Made by a program: the position numbers and the translations under genes | Assembly: GCA_002633005.1 (NCBI GenBank) | Contig: NMRA01000176.1 | Span: 208,607-272,606 of the forward strand | Direction of reading: 5' to 3' | Length of the DNA stretch: 64,000 nt | From: Phoronis australis | Lineage: Eukaryota; Animalia; Phoronida | Part shown: positions 40,401-64,000 of the stretch, piece after piece | How positions within the stretch are numbered: position 1 is the first letter of the stretch | Layout of the letters: each line of letters starts with the position of its first letter | The notes under the pieces: model-generated | What the model was told of the DNA's origin: nothing | What the model saw: the letters and a program-made list of their open reading frames with translations, nothing else | Database searches by the model: none

Positions 40401-43400
40401 AAAAGAATGAAATTGCTACTGCTTTTAAACGGTCATGTCATCTGTTGCAGACAACATACTGATAGTGCTTTTGCCTAATTGTGTTTTTGAACAAAATTTG
40501 TTTGTCGACATACAGACACATAGCTAGGGCGATGTTTTTTAAAAGAAAAAATTCTAAAAACAAACTAAACAATTAAAAAATTTAAAATAAAAAAACTAAA
40601 CAACTTTACAAATTGTTTAGGTTAGATATAAATCAATTTTGAAACTAGTTGGCGTTTGACAAGTATAATTTAAAAAATCTCTTAATTGTCATGATTTCCT
40701 TTGTTGAAGTTACTGAAAAAACTGTGGATAATGAAAAATATAATGTACACAGAGTAAACTGAGAGAACGCTCTTTGTTTTCTCCAAGACTTTCGGATTGT
40801 TTTAGGCTGAACATTACTACGAGTACTACACACTTCAACCAATGATACTTTCCCAATTCCCAAAATGTGTGTTTAACTAACATTTTTCACTTACATAGCA
40901 CAAATATGGTGTACAAATGACAATTTTTTCAAAAAAAATCAAGAAAATTTTAGTCTATTGCTAACATGGCTTGTACTGTGTAGACGTCTTAAAATCAGCT
41001 TTTGGTAAATTTTCCATGATTTTCAGAAATGTAATCAGCATTTGGAAAATGGAAAAATGACAGTATTGGAAATTATTTTTGTGCAAAATAAATGGAGAAT
41101 GATTGTATTTTTAGTAGTCTAAACAACAGAAAACATTCTACTACAACTCTTTAGCATCGTAGGAGCACAAATGTGTCTTTCACTTGACCTAATTTCAATT
41201 TTTGAGTTGCATAAAAAAGCTTTAAAAATTATCTGGTCCTGGTTGCATGCCAGATCAACACAATGACATTGTATTATCACACATCACACGTTAACTATGC
41301 ACTTAGCATCATTCAACAACCAATCTTATCCACGGAATAAAATTTGAAGTTTTATGCATATGGATAGGTCTGACTCTGGCCTGATGTCAAAAACATTGTT
41401 CAACAACGGCAATGATGAACGCGATAATGTAATGTCACTGCTTTAATACATGTTCTTCCATGCATGCTGGCACCAGTGAGCAAAATGAGCGGTATTAAAA
41501 GGAATGAAACGCAATGGTGTTCTACCACAGACACTGTGAGACATTGGAGATTTTTCTGCGAATACCCCACCACACAGTAGTGGCAGTTTGAATGCATGAT
41601 GGTCAGATGAAGAGTAATTTCACTATCTAGCTGGATCTCGCTTATATATCATAAAATGGCTACTGTAAGTAATAGTCCATGAACAGCAAGACAACCACCC
41701 ATTACCTGTCCCATCTTGGGTTCTCCAACTTCATACTGGAACTGTTGGTCCTGACGACCGTAGTTCAACAGGTGTGCGTAGATGTGTTCTACCTGCTTTT
41801 TCCAGTTTCCTAGAAACACATAGAGGGCAGTGTGAAAATACACACGATGTATGAGAAAGTCAACAAAGGATGATAATAGGCTGACGGTAAATTATTTTGC
41901 GGGACACAAAAAAGATCATTTGGCACAAATAACCAATCCACAATGTTTCCAATGTCAAAAACATTCATTGCCAACAGGCACCCATGAAAGGCCTATTACA
42001 CAATACATGTAGGTGTTGATAGTGAGGTGGATAGAATCTACAAGAAAGGTGCTTGACGACTTACAGAATGCAACATTGAAGAGATCTAGCCTATCAACAA
42101 GTGCTGCTGGTAAACAACTTACAACAATCATTTAGCCGTGGAAAATAATATCACATTGATTTTATTCCTAGCATAATCAGTTCAGAATGGTCTTTAAATA
42201 CAAGAAATCCATACACAGTTAGCATTTCTATTATTTGATGTGACAATATCAATGTAGTGGTCCTCCTCTCAGTGCACTGAAATCCAACATAAATACCAAA
42301 CATAAAACATCAGGACTTGCGCCATTTTATCCATGGTGGATCATGTATGATAATTAAAGAGAGATAGTTAAGCCCACATTTTAGAGTTTGCTCCCATGGG
42401 TATGTGGTTAAGACAACTTTGCATTGGACTTGTCTTAGTCACAGTGGCTAGTCTCAACTTGTTGAATACCAACAGTGTTACATTAACAATTATGTTCCTT
42501 TGAATAGAACACAATTTGTTAGCCAATTTAGTTATTACCAGATTAATAAGTGATGTGGAGCTATAGTCAAGAGTTCTATGCATACAATATGCGCATAAAC
42601 CGTCTTGAAATCTAGAATAATCATGTAAAAACAAAAAAAAAAACACTTCTTTACCATTCCCTGGACTGACAGCATTAAGTTCCGGCTCTGCGGGACGCAC
42701 AGGATATTCAATAGCTCGCTGAGGAGGGGGTGATGGTGCCTGTGGTGCCACCTCCTGGAGGGTCTGTCGGATGTCTGCCACTGTTTGCATACGACTCTGG
42801 TCAATCCTCTGCAAGACATTAAAAACAATACAACTAAATTTACAACATAATTTTAATACAGTTTGTGCCAAAACTTCCAGGAAATAAATTATGATGACAA
42901 AGTATTACTCGATTACCTCCAACAGGGCCACCCCAAAAAGACTGCTCTACCTCGCGACCAGGCGTCTGTTTCATGAACTGAAGATTTTAATACAAAAGAT
43001 TGGTCTTACACTCCACACAACTAATTCAAATCTCACACGTGCAAATTTAACTGAAAAAGTCTCTGAGAATATACTCGTTACTGGTAGTCAGGGATCATTA
43101 CCATGAATTACTTCACTTTCATGAAACAGGTCCATAGCAAGCAGTTGGATGACACAGAAATCTGGCTCAAGCAAGGCCTGACATCAGACAAACACCATGT
43201 ATTGGCCAAATAACAATAGGACACTTGACACAGCAATCTCTAACAAAAGACTAAGAGTAAACAGGTTGGCATAACATTACCAACACCCCATTCAGAGTTC
43301 ACTGCACCCAGTCTACGAAATGTCTCGTGGTTTTCCCGCCGCCCATGGACCAAGAAAATCATGCACTATTCTTCTAAATAAAACTTTAACTATAGCAAAT

Positions 43401-46400
43401 TTTAAAAGAAGTCAACATACTTTTTCTGTTCATTTACGACTGCACAAAGTGACACATACATGGATACAAAATGAATGTGACGAAGATTCCCGCCTTTTGA
43501 GAACATGACATAGTGGTAAAGTGTATTAATTTAAATAAAACCAAATATAGCACTTCGTAGCGCTTTATGGGCTTACAGTACATGTCAAATGTAATCAAAC
43601 AAAACAGCACTTCCCGTCACAGTGGATAGTGACCTGTCACGACAGGTAGCTATACGATGATGGTGAATTCTAACAGCACTTCCCCATCACAGTGGATAGT
43701 GACCTGACATGACAGGAAGATACACTCTGAATTCTAACAGCACTTTGCCAGCATGACGGGACTTCCATTTGTGCTCAGACACCATGACAGAGAAGTCTGG
43801 GTTATCTTGTCCGATTATTTCTGGCATGTACTGCAACATCAACATTTTCTTTTACATAAGAAACAATAAAGGGACTGTCACAAGAAAAATAAAACTGATA
43901 CAATTGCGAAATGAAAAACAGTTCCAATATTTTAGTTATGAAAACCCATTTGATGCAAAGTCATAGCCACATCTCTCTCACAAGAGACCATCTCTCCCTC
44001 TCCCTCTCCCTCTCGGTCAGTGTTCCCTACTGAAGACTGGACTCCCTCTCCCTCTCCCTACCTCTCGGTCAGTGTTCCCTACTGAAGACTGGACAAAGAC
44101 TTTCAATAATGAAACTCACCTGTATCATTTGTTGAGTGAGAAAGCCCATGTCTGCCTGAGGCTTGGGCACGGCATACGGCGGCGGTATGCCATTCATGCT
44201 GGGCTGACCGTATGGCGTGAAGCGTGCAGAGTTGGGGTCTGTGTAAAGTCCCTGGAGACCCTCGGGTGCACCACCCCATACATTGATTTGCGTGCCTGAG
44301 TAGTTTGTCGGGTTGAAAGGGCCCTCAATATCTACAAAAACGGAAAGCCATTGACTTACTGATACATTTCCTCATTGCTTAAAACACAAATGATTGGAAA
44401 TGGATTCTAGACTTGAGAAAAACTCACGGGTTGTTTCTGCTTCAGAACTGAATTCCTAGTCATGACAGACAGTCAAGACTCCAAGCTATTTAATTCTAAT
44501 TCAAGGAAAGCATAAGAATGCAATGATGTCGCTTTGGAAGGGTAAATATGATTGTGAAAAAAGTTGCTCTCTTTTTACGTCAGATCATTAGTTTACAGTA
44601 CTATGATCTTAACTGATATTGTCAAACCTTATCCGAGCAGGCTAACTTGGTTGCATAAAGCTGATTGGTACATTAATGGAAGATGGTGTGTGTTCTTCAG
44701 TGTAAAGTGTGATTTACCACAAATGCGCAGTGAGAGTGGCTCAACATCAATGACTAAATGAAGAAATGCAAAAAAGTTTTACCTTGTTCACCCCTGGGTG
44801 TTCCATTGCTACCAAAAGATGGTTTCTTCTTTTTGTCTTTGTCTTTGTCCTTGTCTTTGTCCTTGTCCTTATCTTTGTCTTTCTTCTTTTTGTCATCTTT
44901 CTTTGGAGTGGAGACTTTCTGAACAAGAGCATTGTGGGATAATGTGAATCTTGATGACAACAACAAGCATTCTTAGCTGTGACCATCTGTCAGCACAGCA
45001 AACAAGAATGACCAATTCGCACGAGTTGCAGTAAACAGTCCTAAATTTAGCATTTAGTATGGCGGACATCTGAAATTTCATTTGAAATTTTTCTGACAAC
45101 AAAAATTCACGGCAAAAGAAAGTTGATTTCAAAACCTGAAGCAAAATTTTGAGCATTTCAGCAGTTGACTTAATCAGGTGTTGAAAAACTGCAACTTAGG
45201 CAATTATTTGTATGCAAAATTGAAAAGAGGTTGCAGCCTACCTAGTACGTTCCCATGATGAAATGTTAGAACAAGATAAGAGCTTGGCTTTACCGCATAC
45301 ACTAATGGGAATTGAAACATGCCCATAATGTAAGACAAACAACTGACTTAGCTTCTTGTTACTTGGCAACTTTTCTTCCACTGTAATATGGCCATAAGAT
45401 TGTGTGTTCTCACCAGGAGGAAGATAGACAAGGCAGGGGCGTTTTTCTAAGGGACTTCATAGGCAAAAGTTCATTTGGCTAAAAATCTACTACTGAGCAG
45501 GCTGCAGATTTATATCTCTTGGCTTTTAGTTAGAGGTAGATTTGCTGACATATAGTCCTAGCCTGATTTGGTGAAACGGGTTGAGTCATTCGTAGGCTGA
45601 GTTTTAGTGAAAAGGTCACAAGACAATTGACTCGTCCACAAATAGCCTCATGATCCGTCGCTTAAAAGGAGAGTTCACAAAGACATCCTATCTGCTGTCT
45701 CATGAGGAATGTGCAAAACATCAATGTGCAAAATGGTCTATGGGAAAAAATGCATGATTTCAAAATATGACTACTACGAGCATCACACACAGATAAACAT
45801 ATTTCATGTCTCCAAATCAAAATCTGGGGACACACGAGTACATAGCTATACAACTAGTACAGTGGTACTCAAATTTGAACACTGACTTATAGCACAACCA
45901 AATTCGTGGACCACTACTGTACCATGTTTTTCTTGTCTTTCAGTCGTTTGTTTCCCACAGAGCTGACGGATGAGATTGAACTGATGCTGCTAATGACGGA
46001 CGAGGCATCGTCAAAATCCTCGATGAACTCATCAACGCAAAATGTCTTTGTGACCACAGCACTCTCTTGTAACCCATCTCTGAAAGAAGAAAAATGACAT
46101 CGATTGTGAACATAATATGGAAGAATTTATTCACTTAGTTATTCTGAGTGTTTTCCATTAACCTTTCTTCTTTCACACATAATAACAGCCCAGTGCTTTT
46201 CAAAGACTTGTTACTTTTCTGTAAACAATAGAAACATTTACAAATGTTGTTTTATGACATCTACAAAGTACATATCATACTGGTAATAGACCAAAATTGT
46301 TTTAACTTTTATTTCTGTGCACAATTTTGGTTTTTCCCGGGATGCCGTTTTTTAGGATTACTAAAAGAGAATGGAAAGACACGTGGCTTTCTGTACTTTT

Positions 46401-47213
46401 TGTACCCAGGTGAAAGATACTGATTGGTTAATTTCTAAATGTATAAATTTATAAAAAAGTTCAGTTCCATTCAGATTTAGGCATATTATTTGTCAAACTC
46501 AAGCGCACTAGATTTAAAAGATGAATGGGTTGGACTTTGACCATTAAAAAGCGACCACAGTACCTAGATATGGCGATGACCTTAAGTGTCCTTTTACCAG
46601 GTTTCAATGTAAAAGGTCCAATGTACTTGAACGTAGATTCTTTTCCTGAAACTTTCAACTGGAATGGATTGGGTTTGGTGCCATCTGTGCTAAAGTATAT
46701 CTTGCAAAGAGGAGACTCTACAACAGACAAATGAAGTTAATTATTTTAAAAACTTTAGCAATGATATTTCAGCATGAGGAATGTTGTTTTATTAGAAAAA
46801 AATGGGTTATGTATAGAAAAACTATAATACTACTCCACAATGTACTACCAAATTTTATTTGGTCAAATAAATGTTGGCATGAATAAAAATATTTAGACTT
46901 TGTTTTCAATCAATCAAAGAAACTTGTGTTTCCAAATAGATGTCAGATAACAAAGCGCAGTGAAACAATGAAATAAATAGAAAACATTTCGTAAAATTGA
47001 TCATGGAAGCCAACACTTTCCACCATTGTCATGTACCTTGAAAATGATTGTAAAGTTTTTACGCAGGGCTGAATTGTTGGTGGATAATAACATTCCCTAA
47101 CCTGTTGTAAGCTCAATGTATGTTCCTGAGTCAATATGACTAGTGGGCCTGCCAGGAAGAGGATCCCGAAGGGGTATAATCTGCGGAGGAATGATTGCAC
47201 CGGCACTGGGCAT
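25577..47213 (-). CDS. DZANK1-like N-terminal modules fused to an annexin core (long isoform, 751 aa, 17 coding exons)
   Basis: Minus-strand exons, all AG/GT and phase-compatible: 47213-47102, 46717-46564, 46079-45923, 44918-44783, 44331-44120, 42808-42655, 41809-41706, 40396-40288, 36575-36424, 34473-34392, 32516-32422, 30353-30240, 29212-29122, 28383-28200, 27286-27144, 26440-26259, 25651-25577 (2256 nt, no internal stop). The 36424-to-34473 junction is inferred from phase, not from transcripts. Confidence 0.8.
33241..34233. repeat. Minisatellite, 17-bp unit TGTGACACAATATTGAA, about 57 copies, in an annexin intron
   Basis: Directly visible. Variants include TGTGGCAC, ATATAGAA, +AT and +TAC insertions. 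It generates the spurious SHSILCHIQYCVTF ORFs. Confidence 0.98.
35103..35123 (-). CDS. Candidate alternative first coding exon (MASATAQ) giving a short 328-aa annexin
   Basis: Strong Kozak gagccATGG, 7 codons, then a CAG|GTCAGT phase-0 donor matching the phase-0 acceptor at 34473. Confidence 0.65.
36424..47213 (-). CDS. DZANK1-like region (N-terminal Fn3-associated/CHB_HEX_C-like domain plus the SPG-x-G-x-WKKQ module), 9 exons, 430 aa
   Basis: MPSAGAIIPPQIIPLRDPLPG..HIDSGTYIEL..IYFSTDGTKP..TFKYIGPFTLKPGKRTLKVIAISRDGLQESAVVTKTFCVD, and AVSPGNGNWKKQVEHIYAHLLNY..F...VGEPKMGQIVSVDFEE. Both resemble conserved blocks of vertebrate DZANK1 as recalled. Confidence 0.82.
39615..39942 (+). mobile_element. 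Copy of the 6915-7275 repeat family
   Basis: ttaaagggatacc..caatctgtgatatagggagc..aaatcatcaaaacagggtttagtatcattttaa. Confidence 0.65.
43604..43770. repeat. Short tandem repeat (~62-70 bp, 2-3 copies)
   Basis: aacagcacttccc-tcacagtggatagtgacctg-ca-gacagg repeated. Confidence 0.75.
43994..44093. repeat. Local tandem duplication (~50 bp x2)
   Basis: ctccctctccctctcc..ctctcggtcagtgttccctactgaagactggac occurs twice. Confidence 0.8.
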
Positions 47214-48044
47214 AGCGAAGCCTGGAACGTGTCACAGGAATGGATGAAGTGGAATGTGCAGAGCTGGCGTGATGTCTGATTCACAAGAAAATCATCAGCA
47301 CAAAATCTCTCTCTGTAGCACCTGAAATAACAATGTCAACATTTACTCAGCAGTCTCTTTTAAATACTCAATTTTCAAAATTAAAAAATGCCTGGACGCT
47401 TCAGCCTGTTCAATTTCAAATCCTACACAGCTAAAATACACTTACTGAAAAGTAATTATTACGGTTTTAGAAACAATATTAGTCTGATAAGCAGTTTCAG
47501 TACAGTTGAAACAGACATTCTCAAAACAGAGACAAACTAAATCAAGAGTATAGCTACTTAAGGTTTTTTGATGAAATCATGAACACAATGACAATTGAGG
47601 TAGTTATCAACCTTTATCACAGACGGATTAAACGCACCAGAAAAACGCAGTAATGATGGTAGTGTGGGTGCAACGTTAACAGAGAATTCACTCTCTGCAA
47701 AGAAATGTTGGGTTAAACAACACTGAGCACTGATTGAACTGCATTCCTTGTCAGATGAAATTTTAATACATCTCCACATATATAAATTTTAATTTATCTC
47801 CATTTACAAGCCAGTGTCATCTTATTTGTTCTGATTCTTTGAATGGTCTTTTATTAGTGGATGAATAAACCAGAAATCTGTCCAAGGTCAAGTTAGCAAA
47901 CTTTTGATCTGCTGATTTCACCACTTCAGAATGACTGCAACAAAGTGGATCTCAACTTGTTCCTTACTCAGAGAGAAATTTCTGAGTTTGCAAAGAATCC
48001 ACATTTCGTTATTTGTCGAGATCGTGCTACGCCTATAAAATGAC

Positions 48045-48565
48045 AGGTCATGACGGCGTTCTCCTGTTCAGTGACTTTACCAGACATTGAGGGTTGTGAG
48101 CGTGTGATAACATCTAGCTCCTTTGTTAAATGCCAAGCACAGTCTTTTGTCTGGTGTGACAACGGGCAGGCCAGTTATCTACAAGGCTTATTACAGACCA
48201 CGTGTGAACACAGTCAAACCCAGAACGATCAGAATTGGTACGTTCATAGATTGTCGTAACTTTGGTTGTAGTTGGATGATTTTGTTGATTCAAAAACTAA
48301 ATATGATCAGCATTTGACAAGGAATTCAGAAATGCTATTGATTCATGTTCAAACATGTTATAAAATAACTTTTATTTTTAACAGCACAGCCCAGTCAGGT
48401 TAGATACAATCTTATTGTGGATTAGAGCAATTATCAAACAAAAGAGAACTGGCCCTCGAATCATAAATGCCAGAATGGAGTTAATCAGTCATATAAGATA
48501 TTGGCCACAGGGGTCATCTTCCCAATTTGTTGTTGGGCTATAGAATCGAACAAGTTGGGAGCAAA
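48045..48565 (+). repeat. Copy of the 7485-8043 interspersed repeat
   Basis: Same shared blocks as 7485-8043. Confidence 0.85.
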
Positions 48566-49435
48566 GGGAAAACGGAGTAATGTGGCTATAACAATGTGGA
48601 CTGAACTGCCAAGCCAACTTTATTAGGGTCTAGTTCAGCTCAAGCAATAACAAGCCGTCTATGCAGTCTTTTGAAGCCCTGACATCATCACCAAATACAT
48701 TCAGGAACAATTCGAGAGCAATTTCAAAATGGTAAAGTGGGCTCAAGCATATGTGCTTTTTGTGATGGGAGATTGGTTCAGACGGCAGATTTTAACTTAT
48801 TCTTTAGCTTGAAGTTTAAAGGTTTTCCCTTTGCAACATTAGTGCATAAACATACAAAGGCACAAATGCATTGCAGCGGTGCGCCCCTCGGGCACATCTT
48901 TTTACTAAAGCAACACTCTTCACAGCCAGTCGGGTAAAACATGACTCGGTTCTTATTTTGATTGGCCCTGGGTCTTCAGTTTTATATGTTACCAATGTAA
49001 TTACACTAAGTGTGACAGGCACATTTTGAAAAAGGCACACTTTTTATCACCAGGTACGCCCAAAGGTAAAGAAGCACGGTAAGGAATGTCTCTTAAGTCA
49101 AAGCATTTCCCGCTCCAACTTTCCTATGATAATTAATTTCTTGTCGTTTGCAAAACAACTGCCACTTGAAGATGGAAATGATGCTCTCGACTTCTGAGAT
49201 TTGTCATTGAGCGACTTTTGACAGCTTTGAGCGTAAATCCCCAACGCGACGTGTATCAATGACATTGACAATGTGCTAGCGCTGGATCTACTCAAGTTTT
49301 GTCCACAAAAATTAGCAGGTGCTCGTCAGACAAGGATAATTGAAATGATGGAATTTTCTGACATACAAAAAATAAATAAACATGACATAAAAACTATAAT
49401 TTCACACTATTATTGGTAAAAACCAGTCAAATTAC

Positions 49436-50000
49436 CTTTGTTTTCACCTGTTTATGTTGTTAGGCACTGGTGTTTATTCGTTTCTCGCAAGGGAGAGCAA
49501 GATTCCGGATGTGACGTCAGTGTACTTCCACATTCTTCCACATGAGAGCGCTGCGGAGGAGTCTCAACTCTTGTATCCGCGATAGATTAGACCGCCGAAC
49601 TTTGAAAAAAGGACCGTTTTCACTCTGTAAACATCTAGAACTTGCTTCCTTCAAAGTGTGATGACAATAGTCTTAACTAAGGCTATTATAAAACTTGTTA
49701 TTAAAAAGTAATCGGATCTCCATGCAATTTTTAAAAGCATACATTCTTTCAAGTTGTTTTTACTCAGTGATCGGAAACCGGATCAGTCCAAGCGCTCTTT
49801 GCAGGCCCGGCGTCCATCGGTTTCAGGATGCCAACGTGGCAATGCGAGTTCTTCTTGAAATGTGACATCTTTACCGTTGGTCTTAACCCCATCAAAATAC
49901 GGACTTTGACAGAAGACATGACCTCTGCAAGCCAATGTACTACAGTGACCCGACGGTATCACGGTCAAGTGCGGCGCGGCCGGGTGTTTTCAGTGAAGGT
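49436..50000. promoter_or_regulatory. Putative bidirectional promoter between the DZANK1-annexin gene (-) and the NAC-alpha-like gene (+)
   Basis: Minus-strand donor AAG|GTAATT at 49436 (non-coding exon spliced to the acceptor at 47321). ETS-like TTCCGG at 49503 next to CRE TGACGTCA at 49512-49519. CpG-richer zone. Plus-strand donor candidate GAAG|GTATCG at 49998. Confidence 0.5.
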
Positions 50001-50948
50001 ATCGTACCGGGAGTTTAAGAGCCCAGTCATCATGGATTCATTTTCATTTCCTGAACTGGAGTCGCGAGCTTTACAGAAGGAACCAGCGAAGGGACAAGAT
50101 ACATCAGATATTGAAGAAATGACAGGAATCCCCGCGAACGCACCGTTTCACGGTACTGTCTAACCGGCACCGAAGTCTTTCGAGTGCTTGTGATTATTTG
50201 AGTCTAAATTCTTCTAATTTGGAAGATTGACATCCTGCAATTCGCAGCGTTCGCAATTTCATGATGATATTTCCGATCGAAATCTTGGTTCCGGAGAAAA
50301 ATTCTGCAAAATGCTCGCATGAGCCAGAGCGTGTNGAAGTGTCCTTTGTTGCTCACAAAAGATTTCGGTGGATTAATCGGCACAAGACCTGCATATGCAT
50401 ACGTATATAGCCCCATTGTATGATCTGTGTAGGCCTAACGGTAATAAATCTTAGCCTGTTAGTTATTGCGGTTTTAGTCCCCGGCGGTCCTGTTTTGTGG
50501 TGGGGCGGTCATGTTTTTGGGTGCGTCAGTCCCATTTTCTGGTGCGGCGGTCCCATTTGATCCCCGGAGGTCCTGTTTAGAGGACCGGCGGTCATGTTGT
50601 TTCTCACCCGTGTACATGTAAGCTCGAGTTTGCTCTAATGGAGGCCAAATACAACAAACCCTTCCGGGTCGAGCTGCAAGTGTAAAAGACAACTTTCAGT
50701 GACTTAATCTTCAGAAATTGTCGTGCCAGTTTAGGCAAGTTGCGTCAATTTGCAACCGACAAAGCTGATTCTTAAATGACACAATTCAGAAGTTGCATCA
50801 ATTTCGGCCACAAACAAATAAAAGAATGATTGACATCGGAAAGTAGCTTGAAACTTAATTCCATACTCTGATATAGGAAAGGCGTTTTGCCGGCGGTACT
50901 GGTGATCGCAAACCTCACAATCCAAATTGTTAGTTGTTGTTTCAGACC

Positions 50949-62074
<11,126 letters not shown>

Positions 62075-62634
62075 GGACGGTTCGAATTTCCATTCTGTAT
62101 TGTCTATCTTTCGGCTTATTTCCACAACACCCAAGAGAAGCATAAAGCACTCCTTGTGTCTTTTTCTTTACTTGATCGTGAAACTGGCCAGAACTCAACA
62201 TTGATTCCTAGAGCACCAAAAAAGGCCTAATACGGGCGGCGCATCACTGGAAAAAGTACGTGGGGGCTACAACAACCCCCCCCCCCCCCCGACCCCCTAT
62301 GGTGCACCGCCCATGAATAAGCACTTGAGTTTTGACTTGACTGAAGAAATCATTCTCACTGATCTCAGTTGACAGCCTCAGCCAGTATTACTAGACTCAC
62401 GCGAATTCCGTCCATGAAGCGAACTTTTAGGTCACTAGCACTGTACCAACTTAATTCGCAAGCTTGTAAAGTACTGACTGTTTTTTCATTTCTTGAGATC
62501 ATGGATGGAATATTAAATGACTTGGCGTACGGCATTGTACGTGCATTGTAAGCCAGCCTGTAGAGTCTATTACCTGCAGCCAGTCGTTCAAGGGACAGCC
62601 CTCTACCCTGCATCCCGTACGGTCTCTGCTCGAT

Positions 62635-62785
62635 CCCATTCAGTAACGCTAGGACTTCGCTAAAAAGCAAGACTTTGCGAGATTACGTGAGATATTTCAG
62701 TGTATTTTGAATGAGAACACATGACTTAGGCTAAATTGTAGCTAGGTCCTATCGTAGGTCCTAGCGTTACTGAACGCACGCCTGG
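62635..62785. mobile_element. Copy of the 15418 MITE, opposite orientation
   Basis: ttcagtaacgctaggac ... gtcctagcgttactgaacgcacgcctgg. Confidence 0.8.
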
Positions 62786-64000
62786 TTCCAAGCAGTATTC
62801 CGAACCCGTGATGTCATCTCCAATTTGACCAATTTGCTTCACTATTAAGTCATACGGGTACTGTAGGCCTACCGAAAGTTGATTCTACTTGTAATGCCTG
62901 GATGGCTCATCTGCAGCTGTTTTGATGTAAATTTAACAGTCGTCAGTTGAATTTTGTGTTTTGGCCCTGTCCACATCAACTGCAACTGAACAACTATTTT
63001 GCTGAGTGTTTCATGTGTGGCACTAGGCTTACACAGCTCTTACGTTCAAAATAGGCACCTTTACCAACGTTCACACGACCTCCGGAAAGGATCAAGTCTG
63101 ACCGAACGTTTCATTAGCCGTTCGAAAACAAATCCACAAGTTTGAACGCTTAATCATCGAACGCCTGATCTGCCTGGTCTTTATCGTTCGACCACAAACT
63201 GCTCTGAGATGAGCTTCTTTATAATAGCCGTTTGAAGTGTAATGAGGACAAAATTTGGTTAAAATTGCTTACCACTCAGATTACCTTTGTGCTCTGACAA
63301 ATTTTATGATGCCTCATCAGCGGACTGCATGGCAACACAAAAAAGTGTGAGTTGAGGTTAGGCTCTGCCGCCCATGGTGGTCGCCCATAATTAAGTTGCC
63401 AGAATATTTGCACGTATATGTTACGCTACTCGCCAGACGGCACATACGACGCCGTTACGAATGTACAGGATCACGTGTACTCCTACACTAACGCGCACCC
63501 CTGTGCGCTGTACATGAGAGTAATAATGCTTTAGTCTAAAATCCATCTCATAAGTTTCTCTATCAACCCGGCGCCATTTTCACGAAAGACGTACGTCGCT
63601 CTAGTCGGTTGGCGACTGATCTTTCACATTATGGCACTTCACATTTACAAAATCAGTGGCGGATCTACGTTTTCACCAAGGGGGGGGTTAGGATTCCCGC
63701 CAAGGTCGAATCCTAGGCGCGTGGCGCCGAGCGTGGGGAGGTCGGGAGGGGGGTTTCCCCTCCCATGTAAGATATTTTTTTTGTTTTTGTAGCCAAATAG
63801 TGAAATTTCCATGCACCCTGGTAAGTTTCTGGCACATAACATGTCTCTGGAGTTTTTCTTAAGATAATTAAAAACCCTTCTCGATTTCGTCACATGAACT
63901 TGGCACATAAGTTTCGTGAAACCATATTGTGCGCATCTGGGTATGAGTCACGCCACCAGCAAAAATTTTTGTTGGAACATCTGCTTACACACACCTTTTT

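Noticed and set aside
49828-50163. ORF containing MDSFSFPELES.. as the first coding exon of the NACA-like gene
   Set aside because: Its donor at 50152 is phase 1 and gives a stop when spliced to 50946. The accATG at 50949 supplies the NAC frame. It could be a uORF, but this is unsupported.

Overview
Eukaryotic, intron-rich, AT-rich genomic DNA, most likely from a marine invertebrate bilaterian; the species cannot be fixed from the sequence. Most ORF-track entries are spurious or single exons. Manual GT-AG and phase reconstruction gives five genes. (1) The 3' part of a caspase-like gene (+, from before position 1 to 5894), with a non-canonical VACQS catalytic motif and three tandemly duplicated 57-nt prodomain exons. 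(2) An ankyrin-repeat/SOCS-box gene with a single coding exon (+, 10271-11488). (3) A small TNF-receptor-like type I membrane protein with no death domain (+, 14364-19144). (4) A 17-coding-exon gene (-, 47213-25577, 751 aa) joining two DZANK1-like modules, without zinc ribbons or ankyrins, in frame to an intact four-repeat annexin core; a candidate internal first exon (MASATAQ) would give a conventional short annexin. This chimera is the most notable observation. (5) A divergent NAC-alpha paralog (+, 50949-62074), head-to-head with gene 4. Introns and intergenic DNA hold Kolobok-like THAP-remnant elements, a Harbinger-like Myb/SANT-remnant element, an RLE-type non-LTR retrotransposon fragment, several MITE families, a 17-bp minisatellite and a probable assembly duplication. 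All homology calls rest on recognised motifs, not database searches.
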